A stretch of DNA of 64,000 bases from Myxococcales bacterium (GCA_047601445.1 JASGJH010000001.1:5760001-5824000), one strand, 5' to 3'; positions 1-10,649 are shown, numbered from the stretch's first letter. Notes: generated from the sequence alone by a model not told the origin. A program made the numbers and translations.

Positions 1-690
1 TGGCTCGCAGTCCTCGTGATCCGCGCAGACCTCACCCGCCTTGCTCGGTCGCTCGAAGGGCCAGGTGCGGCAATCGAAGCCCGGCAGTTTGGCGCAGCAC
101 GCGCGCGCCTTTGCGGCGAGGGGCGCACACGCTCCGCAAGCACCGTCGTGACTGGTCATCCACCCGCAACCTGGGTTGTTGGCCGGACCCTGCCCCGCGC
201 ACACGCCGGCGTCGTCCTCTCCGAGCAAACACAGGTCGCAGTTCCAGGATGCGGAAGGCACGAGCTGGCCGGGCGAGCACAGCGGATAGTCGTCGACGAC
301 GGCGCAGTCGAGCTCACGCCAGAGGTCGAAAATTGGTCGTCCCGTAAGGTCGTGAGGCAGCCCGGGAGCTGGGGGCCGCGTGGCTGGAAAGGCGTAGACG
401 CAGCTTGGATGTCGCACCGCTGGCAGGGCGGAAGCATCGGTGCCGGCGTCCATGTCGAGCCCACCCGCGTCCTCGTGCTGGGCCGGCGGTGTCGGATGAA
501 CTTGGGGTGATGCGTCCATGCTCGCGTCCGCGCCAGCATCTCCCTGACCGTCCCCATCCCCGTCGCCGTCACCCGCGTCGGCCTCGACCCGCGCGTCCGA
601 CGCGTGCATCCGCGGCGTATTGACGTCGAGTTCGAACGTACACGCCGCGAGCAAGAGCCCCAGCGTGCTGTGCCATGTGATGCCCTTCAC
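1..690 (-). CDS. Cys-rich lipoprotein (partial, runs off left edge)
   Basis: Not in the ORF track because there is no stop in the window. Manual translation from GTG at 690 gives MKGITWHSTLGLLLAAC (lipobox), a DAG/GDGDG linker, then a Cys-rich region (CDLC, CGAC, CCAK). The frame is open to position 1. Confidence 0.75.
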   Translation of the reverse strand, partial: MKGITWHSTLGLLLAACTFELDVNTPRMHASDARVEADAGDGDGDGDGQGDAGADASMDASPQVHPTPPAQHEDAGGLDMDAGTDASALPAVRHPSCVYAFPATRPPAPGLPHDLTGRPIFDLWRELDCAVVDDYPLCSPGQLVPSASWNCDLCLLGEDDAGVCAGQGPANNPGCGWMTSHDGACGACAPLAAKARACCAKLPGFDCRTWPFERPSKAGEVCADHEDCEP

Positions 691-834
691 AGATTCTTCC
701 CTGCGGCTCTTTCAGCCCACGCGACTTGGGTTGATAGAGACCACTCGCCGCCGATTGTTAGGCAAGCGCCGCCGCTGGCGAGCACAAAAAAGCCGGCTTC
801 GCCCGCCCTGTCGGTCGTCTACACTCCGGCAGCC

Positions 835-1659
835 ATGCTCCTGCGTCTGCTCGTGCTGACGTTTGCCCTGCTCACCGTGTATCGAGCGAGCGGGACCGCG
901 CTCGCCCAGGACAGCGCCTACACGCGGCTAGTCAACGAAGCCATTCTGGCGCAACAGGAGGGTGCCTTCGCGCGCGCCCGTCAGCTGTTCGCCGAGGCCC
1001 ACACCCTCGAGCCCAACGCGCGCACCTTGCGCGGCATGGGCGTGTCGGCGTTTCAGGCGGGTGACCTGCGGCAAGCCGTGGTGGACCTGTCGGCTTCGCT
1101 CGAGCACCCAATCAAACCACTCGACGACGAGCTGCGCGCCGCGGTCATGGCCCTGCTTGCCGAAGCACAGGCACGCCTCAACGCGAGTGCTCCAGCCATC
1201 GTGCAGCCCGCGCCCTTACCCGCGGCAGCCCCGGTCGGCCCTGTGCCGATGAGCGCGCCTCCCACCGCCACACCGTTGCTCGAACTCGCCGTGTCGCCAC
1301 TGCCCCCCACGCGTGACGACGCGCCCGCCGAGGACCCGCGTCGCCGCGGCATGTGGGGCAGCCTGAGTGCCGGTGGCGCCCTGGCGGTAGCGGCCGGCTC
1401 GCTGTGGGTCGCGGGCAGCGTACGCGCCAGCAGCATCGAGGACGCGTGCGGCACGGCCTGCACCGATGCCTTCGTGCGCAAGCAGGTCGAGCAGGCGCAT
1501 CTGCACGAGATCGAGCGCGCCTTCAACGCCACCGCGGTCGCTTCGGCCGCCGCTTTTGCAGCGTCGTTGGGACTCTGGATTTGGACGCGTCACTCGCCGC
1601 GCGGATCCTCGCAGCTCACGTTGGGCGACCGCAGCGTGCTCTACACGCAGCACTTCTGA
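835..1659 (+). CDS. Exported TPR-like protein with Pro-rich linker, hydrophobic helices and C-terminal Phe
   Basis: MLLRLLVLTFALL signal peptide; TPR-like 'ARQLFAEAHTLEPNARTLRGMG'; Gly/Ala-rich hydrophobic segments; ends VLYTQHF. Confidence 0.7.
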   Translation: MLLRLLVLTFALLTVYRASGTALAQDSAYTRLVNEAILAQQEGAFARARQLFAEAHTLEPNARTLRGMGVSAFQAGDLRQAVVDLSASLEHPIKPLDDELRAAVMALLAEAQARLNASAPAIVQPAPLPAAAPVGPVPMSAPPTATPLLELAVSPLPPTRDDAPAEDPRRRGMWGSLSAGGALAVAAGSLWVAGSVRASSIEDACGTACTDAFVRKQVEQAHLHEIERAFNATAVASAAAFAASLGLWIWTRHSPRGSSQLTLGDRSVLYTQHF

Positions 1660-1673
1660 GCGCGCGCTGAGCC

Positions 1674-4600
1674 CTACTGCCCCACGTAGTCGTTGAAATC
1701 GAACATGGCAGTGGGCGTCAGACCCTTCGGATTTCCCAGCGCTCCCGCACGGCTGTCTCCCCAGCAGTACAACTCGCCGTACCTGATTCCACAGGCCGAG
1801 TTGAGGCCCGTGTCCACCGAATCCCAGGCACCCGACCACACCTCGATGGGAGAGTTGTGATCGACGAAGTCCCTACCCGAGACCTGACCAAACTCGTTGC
1901 GACCCCAGCACAAGGGCATGCCGTTCTGGACGCCACACGTGAAGTTCCCCAGCGCGTCGAGGCTAGTCCACTGATTCGAGGTCCCCACGTGCGTCATCGG
2001 CGAAGCGGTGTAGCTCGTGGTGCCGAGACCCACCTGGCCACTGCTGTTTGCGCCCCAGCACCAAAGCTCGCCTGCCAGGGTGGCGCAGCTGTGACCGTAG
2101 CCGGCGCTCGGGTGTTGCCAGTTGCCGTTCGCGATCTTGAGCGGCGTGAGCTGAGGATTCGCGTCGCTGACCCCACTCACGGCTCCCTGCCATTGGGCGC
2201 CCCAACACAGGAGCTCGGTGCCACGCGTGCCACAGGTGTGCTGATAGCCGGCCGACACCGCCGTCCAGCCTTGCCCACTTAGCTTCGTGGGCGACACGCG
2301 GTTGCTCGTACTGCCATCGCCGAGCTGTCCGTAGCCGTTGTAGCCCCAGCAATAGAGCTCCCCTGCTGCGCCACGAATACCGCAGGCGTGGTTCCAGCCC
2401 ACACTCACGTGCTGCCAGTCAGCGGCTTGGCCCACCTGGGTCGGCGTGGCCAAGGTGGCCTGCTCCACGCCAGACCCCAGCTCTCCCCAGAAGCCTCGAC
2501 CCCAGCAGTAGAGCTCGCCGGGATCCTGAATGGCGCACGTCACGCCGCCCGAGCTCACATCCAGCCAAGTCGTTGCAGGCTCGATGGCTTCCGGCTGCCA
2601 AGCGGGACCCTGCGAGAAGTTGGTGGTCACCGCGCTGCCCCAGCACCAGAGCCCACCGCCCTCGCGCAGACCGCACGCGCTCGAAGCGCCCACGCTGACC
2701 TGCACCCAGTCTTGCTCGCTGCCCACGCGACCCACGTCCACAAACGTGCCGCGCTCGCCGAAGCGATTCTCGCTCCAGCAATAGAGGCCGCCCGCGACGA
2801 TGCCACAACCGGTGTTTGCGCTGGCCTCCACGGCCTCCCAGGTTTTGCCGAAGGGCAAGGCCGTGGGCGGCGCCGAGATGGCTAGGTCCGAGCTGCCAAT
2901 ATCACCGTCCAGGTTGCCGCCCCAACAGACCACGGAGTCGTCCGTCAACAAGGCGCACGCCGCGTGGGTCAAGGTGGCCACGGAGGCCGCGCTATTCACG
3001 TTGTGCACCAGCGTGGGTGCCTTGCCGTCGTTGATCGAACCCCAGCAGTACACCGCGCCGTTCGCTCGCACGGCACAGGAGCTGGAGCCCGCGTCGACCG
3101 CGACCCAGTCCTTGAAGGAGCCGATCCGCGTGGGCTCGGAGCGAGCGGTCGTGCTGCCGTCGCCGACCTGACCGAGGTTGTTGCTACCCCAACAGTAGAG
3201 CGAGCCGGCTCGCAACGCGCAAGCGTTCGTGAAGGCACCCGCCAAGTGCTCGTATCCCGTGTCCTCGGTGAGCGCGGCGAGTTCGGAATGATTGCCGGCC
3301 ACCTCGCCAGCGCCTTGGCAAAAGATCTGCCCCCCGTTGCGCAAACCACACACGCTGGTGAGGCCGGTGATCACCTCGGTCCAGTCCGAGACGTCGCCGC
3401 CCATGCGCTGCGGAGTGAGTCCATTCGCGAGTTTCAGCCACTCCTGATTTCCCCAGCAGTACAGCGCCCCCGCCCGAATGCCGCAGCTGAAGTCGTAGCC
3501 CGCGCTCACGCGCTCCCAGTCGTTTTGCAGGCCCACGCGTGCAGGCCCCCTGCGCGAAAGCTTGTCGCCCACGCCGAGCTGCCCGTAATCATTGTTGCCC
3601 CAGCAGAACAGCGCGCCGTCCGAGATGCCGCACGCATGTCCATTCTGCGATGCCGACATGCTCGACCAGGGCTTGCAGGTAGGTGAGTAGGCCTCGTGAT
3701 CGCAGGTGCAGCCGCGCGATCCCAGGCCGTTGCCTTCGAACTCCGCGGGACACTCGCATACGAAGCCGCCGGGCACGTTGTGACACGCGTCGGGCGCCGC
3801 ATCGCAGCCGTCGAGGTGCTCCGCGCACTCGTCGATGTCCACGCATTGGTCGTGCTGCAGCCGATAGCCCTGGGGACAGACGCAGCCGTCGGCGCCGCTG
3901 CCGTTGCAGGTGCCGTTGCCGCCACACTGTTGTCCGTTGCCCTTCAAGCCCGGATCCGTGCACACACCAGCAACACAGGCATCCTGCAGATCGCACACGC
4001 CTGCCGGCGCGTTGCCGCAGGGAGTGCCGTCCTTCACGGAATCCGCGATGCACTCACCCAGCGTGCCGTCGCAGTGCTGGACCATGCACACGTTGCCGTT
4101 GACCCCGCACAGCGTCTCCTTGGGCGTGGGCACGCGATGGCAGGTGGCCTCCGCGGTGCACTGTCCCGCCGGCAGACACTCACTCTCTCGACCGCAGCTA
4201 TCGCCCACCCGTGCCTGCCAAGCCGTCTTGCTGACATCGGGTTGGCACTGCTGGCACTCGTTGTTGTCCTTTTGGTTGAGCGCGAGGGGGGCGTGGCACA
4301 GGCCGTCAATCAAGCATCCGGTGCAGCTGGACTCGCAGGTACCCGTGGCTACCACGCACACGTCGTCGCCAGTGCAGGTGGACACACCCGGCGCGCACTC
4401 GCCGCTGCCCTCGGCGCACGTTTCTTGTCCGTTGCACACGACGCCGTCGTCACAGGACTTGGCAACGCCCTGACAGCTGCCCCCATGACAGCTGTCCTCC
4501 AGCGTGCACGGCGAGCCGTCTTCGCAGGACGTGCCGTCGGCGCGCGGAGACCACGCCTGTGTAGAGGCGGCCACGTTGCACATGAGGCACGCGTTGCCAG

Positions 4601-5015
4601 GCATGAGCGCGCCTTGCTCGACGCACTCCCCGTCGATGGCGCAACCCGTGCACTTGTCCACACACAGGTGGTTCTGGCAGAGCTTGTCCGGAGCGCAGCT
4701 TCCGCACTTCGCTTCCTGCCCGCATTCGTCGCGCGCGGTGCCGCATTCCCAGCTCGCCTCGCAGGCCTCACCGCAGACGCTGGCGGCATCCGTGCCCGCA
4801 TCGCTCGAAGGCAACCCGGGTGCTGCGTCCACGGTGCTCGCGTCCGAAGCGCCCGCGTCCACATGACCGCCATCGCGCGGCGTGGTGTCGAGCCGAACAC
4901 TCCCGTTCGAATCGTCCGGACCGCAGGCCACTGCAAGCAAGCTGGCATGGAGCAGAAGCAAGAGGCGCGCGGAAACCGCGCGAGCCTGGGAGAGAGCGCT
5001 CAGAGTTCGAGGCAT
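1674..5015 (-). CDS. Large lipoprotein with Cys-rich/EGF-like region and RCC1/BLIP-II repeats
   Basis: Lipobox LLAVAC; calcium-binding EGF-like 'CVDIDECA...CHNVPGGFVCEC'; many 'HACGI..G.LYCWG.N.YGQLG' repeats. Start taken at ATG 5015. Confidence 0.85.
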   Translation of the reverse strand: MPRTLSALSQARAVSARLLLLLHASLLAVACGPDDSNGSVRLDTTPRDGGHVDAGASDASTVDAAPGLPSSDAGTDAASVCGEACEASWECGTARDECGQEAKCGSCAPDKLCQNHLCVDKCTGCAIDGECVEQGALMPGNACLMCNVAASTQAWSPRADGTSCEDGSPCTLEDSCHGGSCQGVAKSCDDGVVCNGQETCAEGSGECAPGVSTCTGDDVCVVATGTCESSCTGCLIDGLCHAPLALNQKDNNECQQCQPDVSKTAWQARVGDSCGRESECLPAGQCTAEATCHRVPTPKETLCGVNGNVCMVQHCDGTLGECIADSVKDGTPCGNAPAGVCDLQDACVAGVCTDPGLKGNGQQCGGNGTCNGSGADGCVCPQGYRLQHDQCVDIDECAEHLDGCDAAPDACHNVPGGFVCECPAEFEGNGLGSRGCTCDHEAYSPTCKPWSSMSASQNGHACGISDGALFCWGNNDYGQLGVGDKLSRRGPARVGLQNDWERVSAGYDFSCGIRAGALYCWGNQEWLKLANGLTPQRMGGDVSDWTEVITGLTSVCGLRNGGQIFCQGAGEVAGNHSELAALTEDTGYEHLAGAFTNACALRAGSLYCWGSNNLGQVGDGSTTARSEPTRIGSFKDWVAVDAGSSSCAVRANGAVYCWGSINDGKAPTLVHNVNSAASVATLTHAACALLTDDSVVCWGGNLDGDIGSSDLAISAPPTALPFGKTWEAVEASANTGCGIVAGGLYCWSENRFGERGTFVDVGRVGSEQDWVQVSVGASSACGLREGGGLWCWGSAVTTNFSQGPAWQPEAIEPATTWLDVSSGGVTCAIQDPGELYCWGRGFWGELGSGVEQATLATPTQVGQAADWQHVSVGWNHACGIRGAAGELYCWGYNGYGQLGDGSTSNRVSPTKLSGQGWTAVSAGYQHTCGTRGTELLCWGAQWQGAVSGVSDANPQLTPLKIANGNWQHPSAGYGHSCATLAGELWCWGANSSGQVGLGTTSYTASPMTHVGTSNQWTSLDALGNFTCGVQNGMPLCWGRNEFGQVSGRDFVDHNSPIEVWSGAWDSVDTGLNSACGIRYGELYCWGDSRAGALGNPKGLTPTAMFDFNDYVGQ

Positions 5016-5195
5016 GGCCGTGATGCAGCAGCATCTACCAGAAGAAATAGCCGAGTCACGACGGTCCAGGGCGTTCACCCCACTGCCCAGGCCGCGCCGT
5101 GCGCATACCCACGAACTGGCAGCAGCGCTCCCGTGAATCGCCGACTTGTCCGGGCGTTCAGCCCGCGTCGGCGGGCGCGCCGCTGAACTCGACCT

Positions 5196-6275
5196 TCACC
5201 AGCACACGGGCTCCATCACGAGCGCCACTCCGAACACACTCTCGACCTGACGGGAGACCGCCCGCGCCAGGTCCAACAACTCACGCGTGCTGCCGCCCCC
5301 ATGGTGCACCAAGGCCAGCGCATGCTTGCTCGAGATCCCCACGGCGCCCTGCCGCAAGCCCTTCTGCACGCCGGCCCTCTCGATCAACCAACCCGCCGCC
5401 AGCTTTTGCTTTCCCGCTTCGGCGGCAAAGCTCGGCACGTCCTCCACGCGCTGCACGATCCCCTGCGTCAGCGCGCGCCGCTTCACCTGCTCCGCCTCGT
5501 CCACCGACAGCACGGGGTTGGTGAAGAACGACCCCGCGCTGCGCGAATTGGGGTCTGCGCGGTCCAGCAGCATCGACTTGCTGCCCCGCAGCGACCGCAC
5601 GACCTCGGCCACCTCACGCAGACTCGGACTCCCCGCGCGAGCGGCACAGGCACGCGCGAGCTCCGCATAGCGCAGCTCGGGTCGCCCACCCGCTGTGAGC
5701 ACGAAGCGCACTGCGAGCACCACGTAGCGCTCGGGAGCTCGCTTGAACGAGCTGTCACGGTAGCCGAATCCACATTGATCCCGCGCGAGCCAACGCACCG
5801 AAAGATCTTGGCGATCCAGTACCTCCACGGCCTCGATCCGCTCGCTGACCTCCTGTCCGTAGGCGCCCACGTTCTGGATCGGGGTCGCCCCCGCGCAGCC
5901 CGGGATACCCGTCAGGCACTCGATCCCTGCCAGGTCTTCGGCCAGCGCCAGCTGCACCACGTCTTCCCAGCTCTCGCCCGCCTGCACCTCCAGCGTCGTG
6001 CGCTCGGCATCACGACTGATTTCGATGCCGCGCGTCGCCAGCTTGATCACCAGGCCGTCCACGCCGGCATCGGCGATCACGAGGTTGCTGCCCCCGCCCA
6101 GAATGCGCACCTGTTCTCCCGCGCGCGCAGCCCAGGCCAGGGCCTCGCCGATCTCGCTGCGAGCCTGGGCGCGCAGGAAGTACTTGGCGGGACCCCCGAG
6201 CTCGAGGGTGGTAAACGGCGCGAGCGACACGGCGCGCTCGAAGGCGGGCTCGGCTTGGCCGCTCGCCGAACTCAC
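5196..6275 (-). CDS. murB: UDP-N-acetylenolpyruvoylglucosamine reductase
   Basis: LGGGSNLV, GIPGCAGATPIQNVGAYG, SAGSFFTNP, HALALVHHG motifs. GTG at 6275 overlaps the serS TGA (GTGA coupling). Confidence 0.95.
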   Translation of the reverse strand: MSSASGQAEPAFERAVSLAPFTTLELGGPAKYFLRAQARSEIGEALAWAARAGEQVRILGGGSNLVIADAGVDGLVIKLATRGIEISRDAERTTLEVQAGESWEDVVQLALAEDLAGIECLTGIPGCAGATPIQNVGAYGQEVSERIEAVEVLDRQDLSVRWLARDQCGFGYRDSSFKRAPERYVVLAVRFVLTAGGRPELRYAELARACAARAGSPSLREVAEVVRSLRGSKSMLLDRADPNSRSAGSFFTNPVLSVDEAEQVKRRALTQGIVQRVEDVPSFAAEAGKQKLAAGWLIERAGVQKGLRQGAVGISSKHALALVHHGGGSTRELLDLARAVSRQVESVFGVALVMEPVCW

Positions 6276-7588
6276 GCGGGCCTGAGCACTTCCAGGCCGC
6301 CCATGTAGGGCACCAACGCTGCGGGGATCTTGAGGCTGCCATCCGCCTGCTGGTACTGCTCGAGGACCGCCACCAGCGTGCGGCCGATGGCCAGACCGGA
6401 GCCGTTCAGGGTGTGCACCAACTCGGGCTTGGCGTTGGGTCCCGGGCGATAGCGCACCTTGGCGCGCCGGGCCTGGAAGTCGCCGAACCACGAGCAGCTG
6501 GAGATTTCACGGAACGCATTCTGCCCCGGCAACCACACCTCGAGGTCGTAGGTGCGGCGTGCGTTGGCGCCCATGTCCCCCGCGCACAGCTCCATCACGC
6601 GGTAGTGAAGGCCGAGCTTCTGCAGCACCTTCTCGGCGTGCTGGGTGAGCTCCTCCAGCGTGGCCAAGCCTTGCTCGGGCTCCACGAACTGCACGAGCTC
6701 CACCTTGTCGAATTGATGCTGCCGAATGAGGCCGCGCGTGTCGCGACCGTAGGTGCCGGCTTCGGCGCGGAAGCACGGCGTGTAGGCCGTGTAGCGCACC
6801 GGCAAGCGACCGGGCTCGAAGATCTCGTCACGGTGCATGTTGGTGAGCTGCACCTCCGCCGTGGGCGAGAGATAGAGCTCGGCGTTCTGGTTGCCGCCGG
6901 CGTCGAGCGCATCGGTGCGGATCTGAAACTGGTCTTGCTGGAACTTGGGGAGCTGTCCCGTGCCACGCAACGAGTCCGCGTTCACCACGGCCGGCGGCCA
7001 AATCTCGGTGTAGCCGTGCTCGCCAGTGTGCAGGTCGAGCATCAGCGCCATCAACGCGCGCTCGAGCCGCGCGCCGCCGCCCTTGAGGATGCTGAAGCGT
7101 GCGCCCGTGATCTTCACGGCACGTTCGCTGTCCAAGATGCCGAGTCCGAGGGCCACGTCGACGTGATCCTTCACGGCGAAATCGAACTTGGGCTGCTCGC
7201 CCCAGCGGCGCACCTCGCGGTTCTGCTCGGCGCCCTCCCCGTCCGGGATCCCCTCGTAAGGCACGTTGGGCACCGACAGCAGGAGCTCTTCGACCTCGCT
7301 TTGGACCTCTTTTTGACGCGCCTCGAGCTGCTTGCCGCGGTCGCCCAGGGCCCGCAAGGCCTCGCGCTTCTCGGTGAACTCCGCGCTCTTCTTGTCGGCG
7401 ATCTTGGCCATCGCCTCGCTCGCCGCGTTGCGCTCCCGCAGCACGGCTTCGAGCTCCATGATGGCCCGCTTACGCTCGGCACCGAGCTCGGTGATGCGTG
7501 CCAGAGCCGCGGCAGCCGCGGGTCCACGGCGGCTCAAGCCGGCCCGGACTTCATCCAGATGATCGAGGACATAGCGAAGATCCAACAT
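6272..7588 (-). CDS. serS: Seryl-tRNA synthetase
   Basis: N-terminal coiled coil; GTGQLPKF, PTAEV, FRAEAG..GRDTRGLIRQHQFDKVE, EISSCS, TLNGSGLAIGRT. Confidence 0.98.
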   Translation of the reverse strand: MLDLRYVLDHLDEVRAGLSRRGPAAAAALARITELGAERKRAIMELEAVLRERNAASEAMAKIADKKSAEFTEKREALRALGDRGKQLEARQKEVQSEVEELLLSVPNVPYEGIPDGEGAEQNREVRRWGEQPKFDFAVKDHVDVALGLGILDSERAVKITGARFSILKGGGARLERALMALMLDLHTGEHGYTEIWPPAVVNADSLRGTGQLPKFQQDQFQIRTDALDAGGNQNAELYLSPTAEVQLTNMHRDEIFEPGRLPVRYTAYTPCFRAEAGTYGRDTRGLIRQHQFDKVELVQFVEPEQGLATLEELTQHAEKVLQKLGLHYRVMELCAGDMGANARRTYDLEVWLPGQNAFREISSCSWFGDFQARRAKVRYRPGPNAKPELVHTLNGSGLAIGRTLVAVLEQYQQADGSLKIPAALVPYMGGLEVLRPA

Positions 7589-7661
7589 GGCGGTCGCCTT
7601 ATAGCACTGGAGGCAGGAGAAATTCGGCTAGAGGCGGCCGCGTGTCCGCTGGTTTTTCGGT

Positions 7662-7751
7662 CGTACGCGTGCCCGTGCCCGTGCCCGTGCGCGAGGTTTT
7701 CTTCCCCGCGTAGGAGAGGCAGGATCGTTTACGGGCACGGGCACGCGTACG
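7662..7751. repeat. Perfect 21-bp inverted repeat built from GTGCCC hexamers
   Basis: Arms CGTACGCGTGCCCGTGCCCGT (7662-7682) and ACGGGCACGGGCACGCGTACG (7731-7751) are exact reverse complements. Confidence 0.9.
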
Positions 7752-7859
7752 GCTCAGCGGAAGAGGGCGCGCGCTCCGTCCACATCGGGCATTCCACGCC
7801 TGCCACGGGTGTCTCTTTGCTGGGCTTGGCTACGCTTCCGTGGTTTAAGCCTGCGACGC

Positions 7860-8303
7860 ATGTTCACTCAGGTGCAGGCACGGGTTCTCGCCGTGGTGGG
7901 TCTCGCGCTTTGGCTGCTGGCCGGAGGTTCCGAAGTCTGGGAAGTCCTGGCGGTGCAGGCCCCGGATTCGCCGTTTCACCTGGGTCTGCTCGCGGGTCCC
8001 GTCGCCCAACTGCGCGCCCACTCGTTCGGCCTCGGCGCCGTGTGCATCGGCATGGCGTGCTGCTGGAACCTGTTCGGTCCCGCGTGCGGCTGGCTGTGGG
8101 CCAGCGTCTTTCTGGCGGGCGCGGCCCTCGAGACCACAGCCCTCTTGTGGGCCGCGGGACACGGCATGTTGGCGGTGCAGGTGTTCGACCCCCGTGCCGA
8201 CGCGCGACTCGTGCTCTACGTCCGTGCCGCGGGGCACACCCTGAGCTGGTTGGCCGGGTTGGCCCTGTGGGTGCGGGCACTCCGAAGCTGGCGCTCGGCG
8301 TGA
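7860..8303 (+). CDS. Small integral membrane protein, unknown function
   Basis: About 4 hydrophobic segments; ATG at 7860. Confidence 0.65.
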   Translation: MFTQVQARVLAVVGLALWLLAGGSEVWEVLAVQAPDSPFHLGLLAGPVAQLRAHSFGLGAVCIGMACCWNLFGPACGWLWASVFLAGAALETTALLWAAGHGMLAVQVFDPRADARLVLYVRAAGHTLSWLAGLALWVRALRSWRSA

Positions 8304-8369
8304 GGGCACTCGCAGCGGCCCTGCATCCTTTAATAATTGACTAGCGGAGTGCCCCCGAGGGGACGCCCC

Positions 8370-9167
8370 CTAGAGCGAGGGCAACTTGGGCGGCGCCGGG
8401 AGCGGCGGAACGCTGACCTGGTGCTGCTTGGCCTCGTCCATGACCTGGCGCAGCTGCGCGCGCGCCTCCGCCACCACCAACAGGACCTTCGCCCGCTCCC
8501 GGCTGTCGTCGAGGGATACGCGCTCGGGTGCCAGGGTCAGTCGCTCCTCCAGCCAAGCCAGGTTGCCGGCTAGCTGGGCGAGTCGAGCCTCGAACTCACC
8601 ACCCACGGCGGAGCCCGCCTGATAGGGGCCGCTCACGGTCGGGGCGGGCCGGACGGTGGGAGCCTGGCGTGCACTCAGGGCCGCCGCGCTCAAGTGTGAG
8701 CCTGATTCGTCCGTGATTCCCCCACGCAGGGGCATGGAAGAGGTGGGCGCCGAACGAAAGCCTGGCTGTCGGGAGTCACCGCGAGCGTCCGGTGCGGCGC
8801 TCATCCGACCCGAGGCCGCGATCAACTCGTAGCGCACGGTGGCCGCCTCGACCCGTCCGGCCGCATCGAGACAGGGCTCCACCGACATCGTCACGTCGAG
8901 CCTGCCGCCGTCGTCTCGACGCACGATGCTGCGCACGCGACGAGCGCTACCTCCCTTGAGTACGTCTTCGATATTGCGCAGTTCTCCGCGACGCTCGTTG
9001 ACAACCAGCCGGTCGATCCCCGCCCCCTCGAGGGTGCCCGGCACGGTGCCGAACAGCCGCCGGGCTGCGGGGTTCGCATAAGCGATGTGCCGGTCGGCGC
9101 CCACGATGATGAGGGGCACCTCAAGCTGCTCGAAACCGCTTTGGTGCCAGGGGGTCGGCTTCTGCAT
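8370..9167 (-). CDS. PAS-domain protein with C-terminal helical domain
   Basis: 'IIVGADRHIAYANPAARRLFG...RRDDGGRLDVTMSVEP' PAS signature; no kinase or output motif recognised. Confidence 0.75.
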   Translation of the reverse strand: MQKPTPWHQSGFEQLEVPLIIVGADRHIAYANPAARRLFGTVPGTLEGAGIDRLVVNERRGELRNIEDVLKGGSARRVRSIVRRDDGGRLDVTMSVEPCLDAAGRVEAATVRYELIAASGRMSAAPDARGDSRQPGFRSAPTSSMPLRGGITDESGSHLSAAALSARQAPTVRPAPTVSGPYQAGSAVGGEFEARLAQLAGNLAWLEERLTLAPERVSLDDSRERAKVLLVVAEARAQLRQVMDEAKQHQVSVPPLPAPPKLPSL

Positions 9168-9542
9168 GGCGGATCTTCCTACGCAGGAATCTCGGGACAC
9201 CTACCTGGGCCCAGCCGCCCATGCAAGCGGGCGACCGTGAAACCACGGGGTGGTTGGAACAACGTACGTCGCCAGGGCGCCATTCATTGCTCACGGAATC
9301 ACGATGACTTCAGTGGATCGAACTGGCTTCCCGGGTTGAACCGAAAAATCGGCACCGTGAGCGTTCATCGAATCCTTCTTCGCGCGCGATCCTCGGCGGC
9401 TTGCGAGTAGGCCTACTTTTGGGTCGCACCCGCGCTGCGGCGGCCGAAATGCTGCGACCCGGCCCACGGACTTCAGCCGACCTCGCGACCAGAGAAAGTC
9501 CCGAACCTGGCACCCCAAACGCCGACCCGGCACAAGGCGCAG

Positions 9543-9899
9543 CTAGGAACCCATGTAGTGCAGCACCAGCCAGGCTGCGCAGGAGAGCAACACGAGGCTC
9601 GCCAGGGCGAGCATCCAGGTGAAGCCCATGCCACGCCGCTGACTGAAGCGATCCCGATAGAATTTCCCCCCGCTGCGGGTGCGCAGCTTTTGCTGCACGC
9701 CAGCCAACAGGTCCACGCTCGGGAGCGCTTCGCGCCGGCCCAGCGCGGCCGTGGTCCGGCGCAAGCTCTCGAGCTCCGCGTACTCCTCGTCCAGCTCGGG
9801 GTCCTCTCGCAGCGCCGCGTCGAATGCACGCTTGGTCGGCTCATCGAGCGTCCCGTCCAGCGCGCGCTCGAACAGCGCACGCGCGGCCTGCGAGTTCAT
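9543..9899 (-). CDS. Putative membrane-anchored anti-sigma factor
   Basis: Overlaps the ECF sigma stop; N-terminal 'LDGTLDE...FDAALREDPEL' anti-sigma-like helices; C-terminal TM. Confidence 0.7.
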   Translation of the reverse strand: MNSQAARALFERALDGTLDEPTKRAFDAALREDPELDEEYAELESLRRTTAALGRREALPSVDLLAGVQQKLRTRSGGKFYRDRFSQRRGMGFTWMLALASLVLLSCAAWLVLHYMGS

Positions 9900-10528
9900 C
9901 GCGCACGCCCTCGCTGTGCGTCTCGGGAACCGTGATCGCGCGTGGCGCCGCCGCGGGCCTCGTGCTTCTCGAGGTACTCACGCAAGCCCGTGCGCGCGCG
10001 GTGCAGGCGACTCTTGACCGTGCCTTCCGGCAGTCCCGTGATCTCCATGATCTCTTCGTAGCTCAAGTGTTCCACTTCGCGCAGTACGATCAGCTCGCGC
10101 TGCTCTTCGTCGAGCTCCAGCAATCCGGCCTGAAGCAAATGCTCGGTCTGGTGCGCCTCGAGCAGGCGATCCGGCGGATTCGGACGCTCCTGCACCTGCG
10201 CCCCACCTTCGTCGAGCTGGTCGTCGTAGTTGTCCGTGAGCTGACGGCGTCGACGCGCGAGATATTTGATGCGGTTGCGGCAATGGTTGGCCGCGACGCG
10301 GTAGACCCAGGTGGAGAGCTGCGAGTCGCCGCGAAAGCCCTCGATGGCCTTGAAGATGCTGATGAAGACTTCTTGCGCCAGATCCTCGGCCTCGGCCCGG
10401 TCGCCGATCATGCGCAGCACCAGGCGAAACACGCGCTCCTGGTACAGCAGCACGAAGCGGTTGAACGCGGCTTCGTCGTGGCGCTTGAGGCGCTCGACCA
10501 ATTCTCGTTCTTCGGCGTCGACGACCAT
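9896..10528 (-). CDS. ECF (sigma-70 group 4) sigma factor
   Basis: AEDLAQEVF, FRGDSQLSTWVYRVAANHC, LSYEEI...LPEGTVKSRLHRAR. Confidence 0.95.
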   Translation of the reverse strand: MVVDAEERELVERLKRHDEAAFNRFVLLYQERVFRLVLRMIGDRAEAEDLAQEVFISIFKAIEGFRGDSQLSTWVYRVAANHCRNRIKYLARRRRQLTDNYDDQLDEGGAQVQERPNPPDRLLEAHQTEHLLQAGLLELDEEQRELIVLREVEHLSYEEIMEITGLPEGTVKSRLHRARTGLREYLEKHEARGGATRDHGSRDAQRGRAR

Positions 10529-10649
10529 GGGGCGGGAGGACCTTCTGCTCAGCGAAAACGCTGACGTCCTAGGCCAGAGGGCACCATACACGAGTGTGGA
10601 CACGCAAGATCCGACAGCCGAACCCGCAGCGGGTTCCCGGTTTAACGGG

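Noticed and set aside
6413..8344. Long antisense ORFs (also 22723-24795, 12673-13992, 33732-35249, 31146-32699)
   Set aside because: Shadow frames opposite well-supported genes; expected in high-GC DNA.
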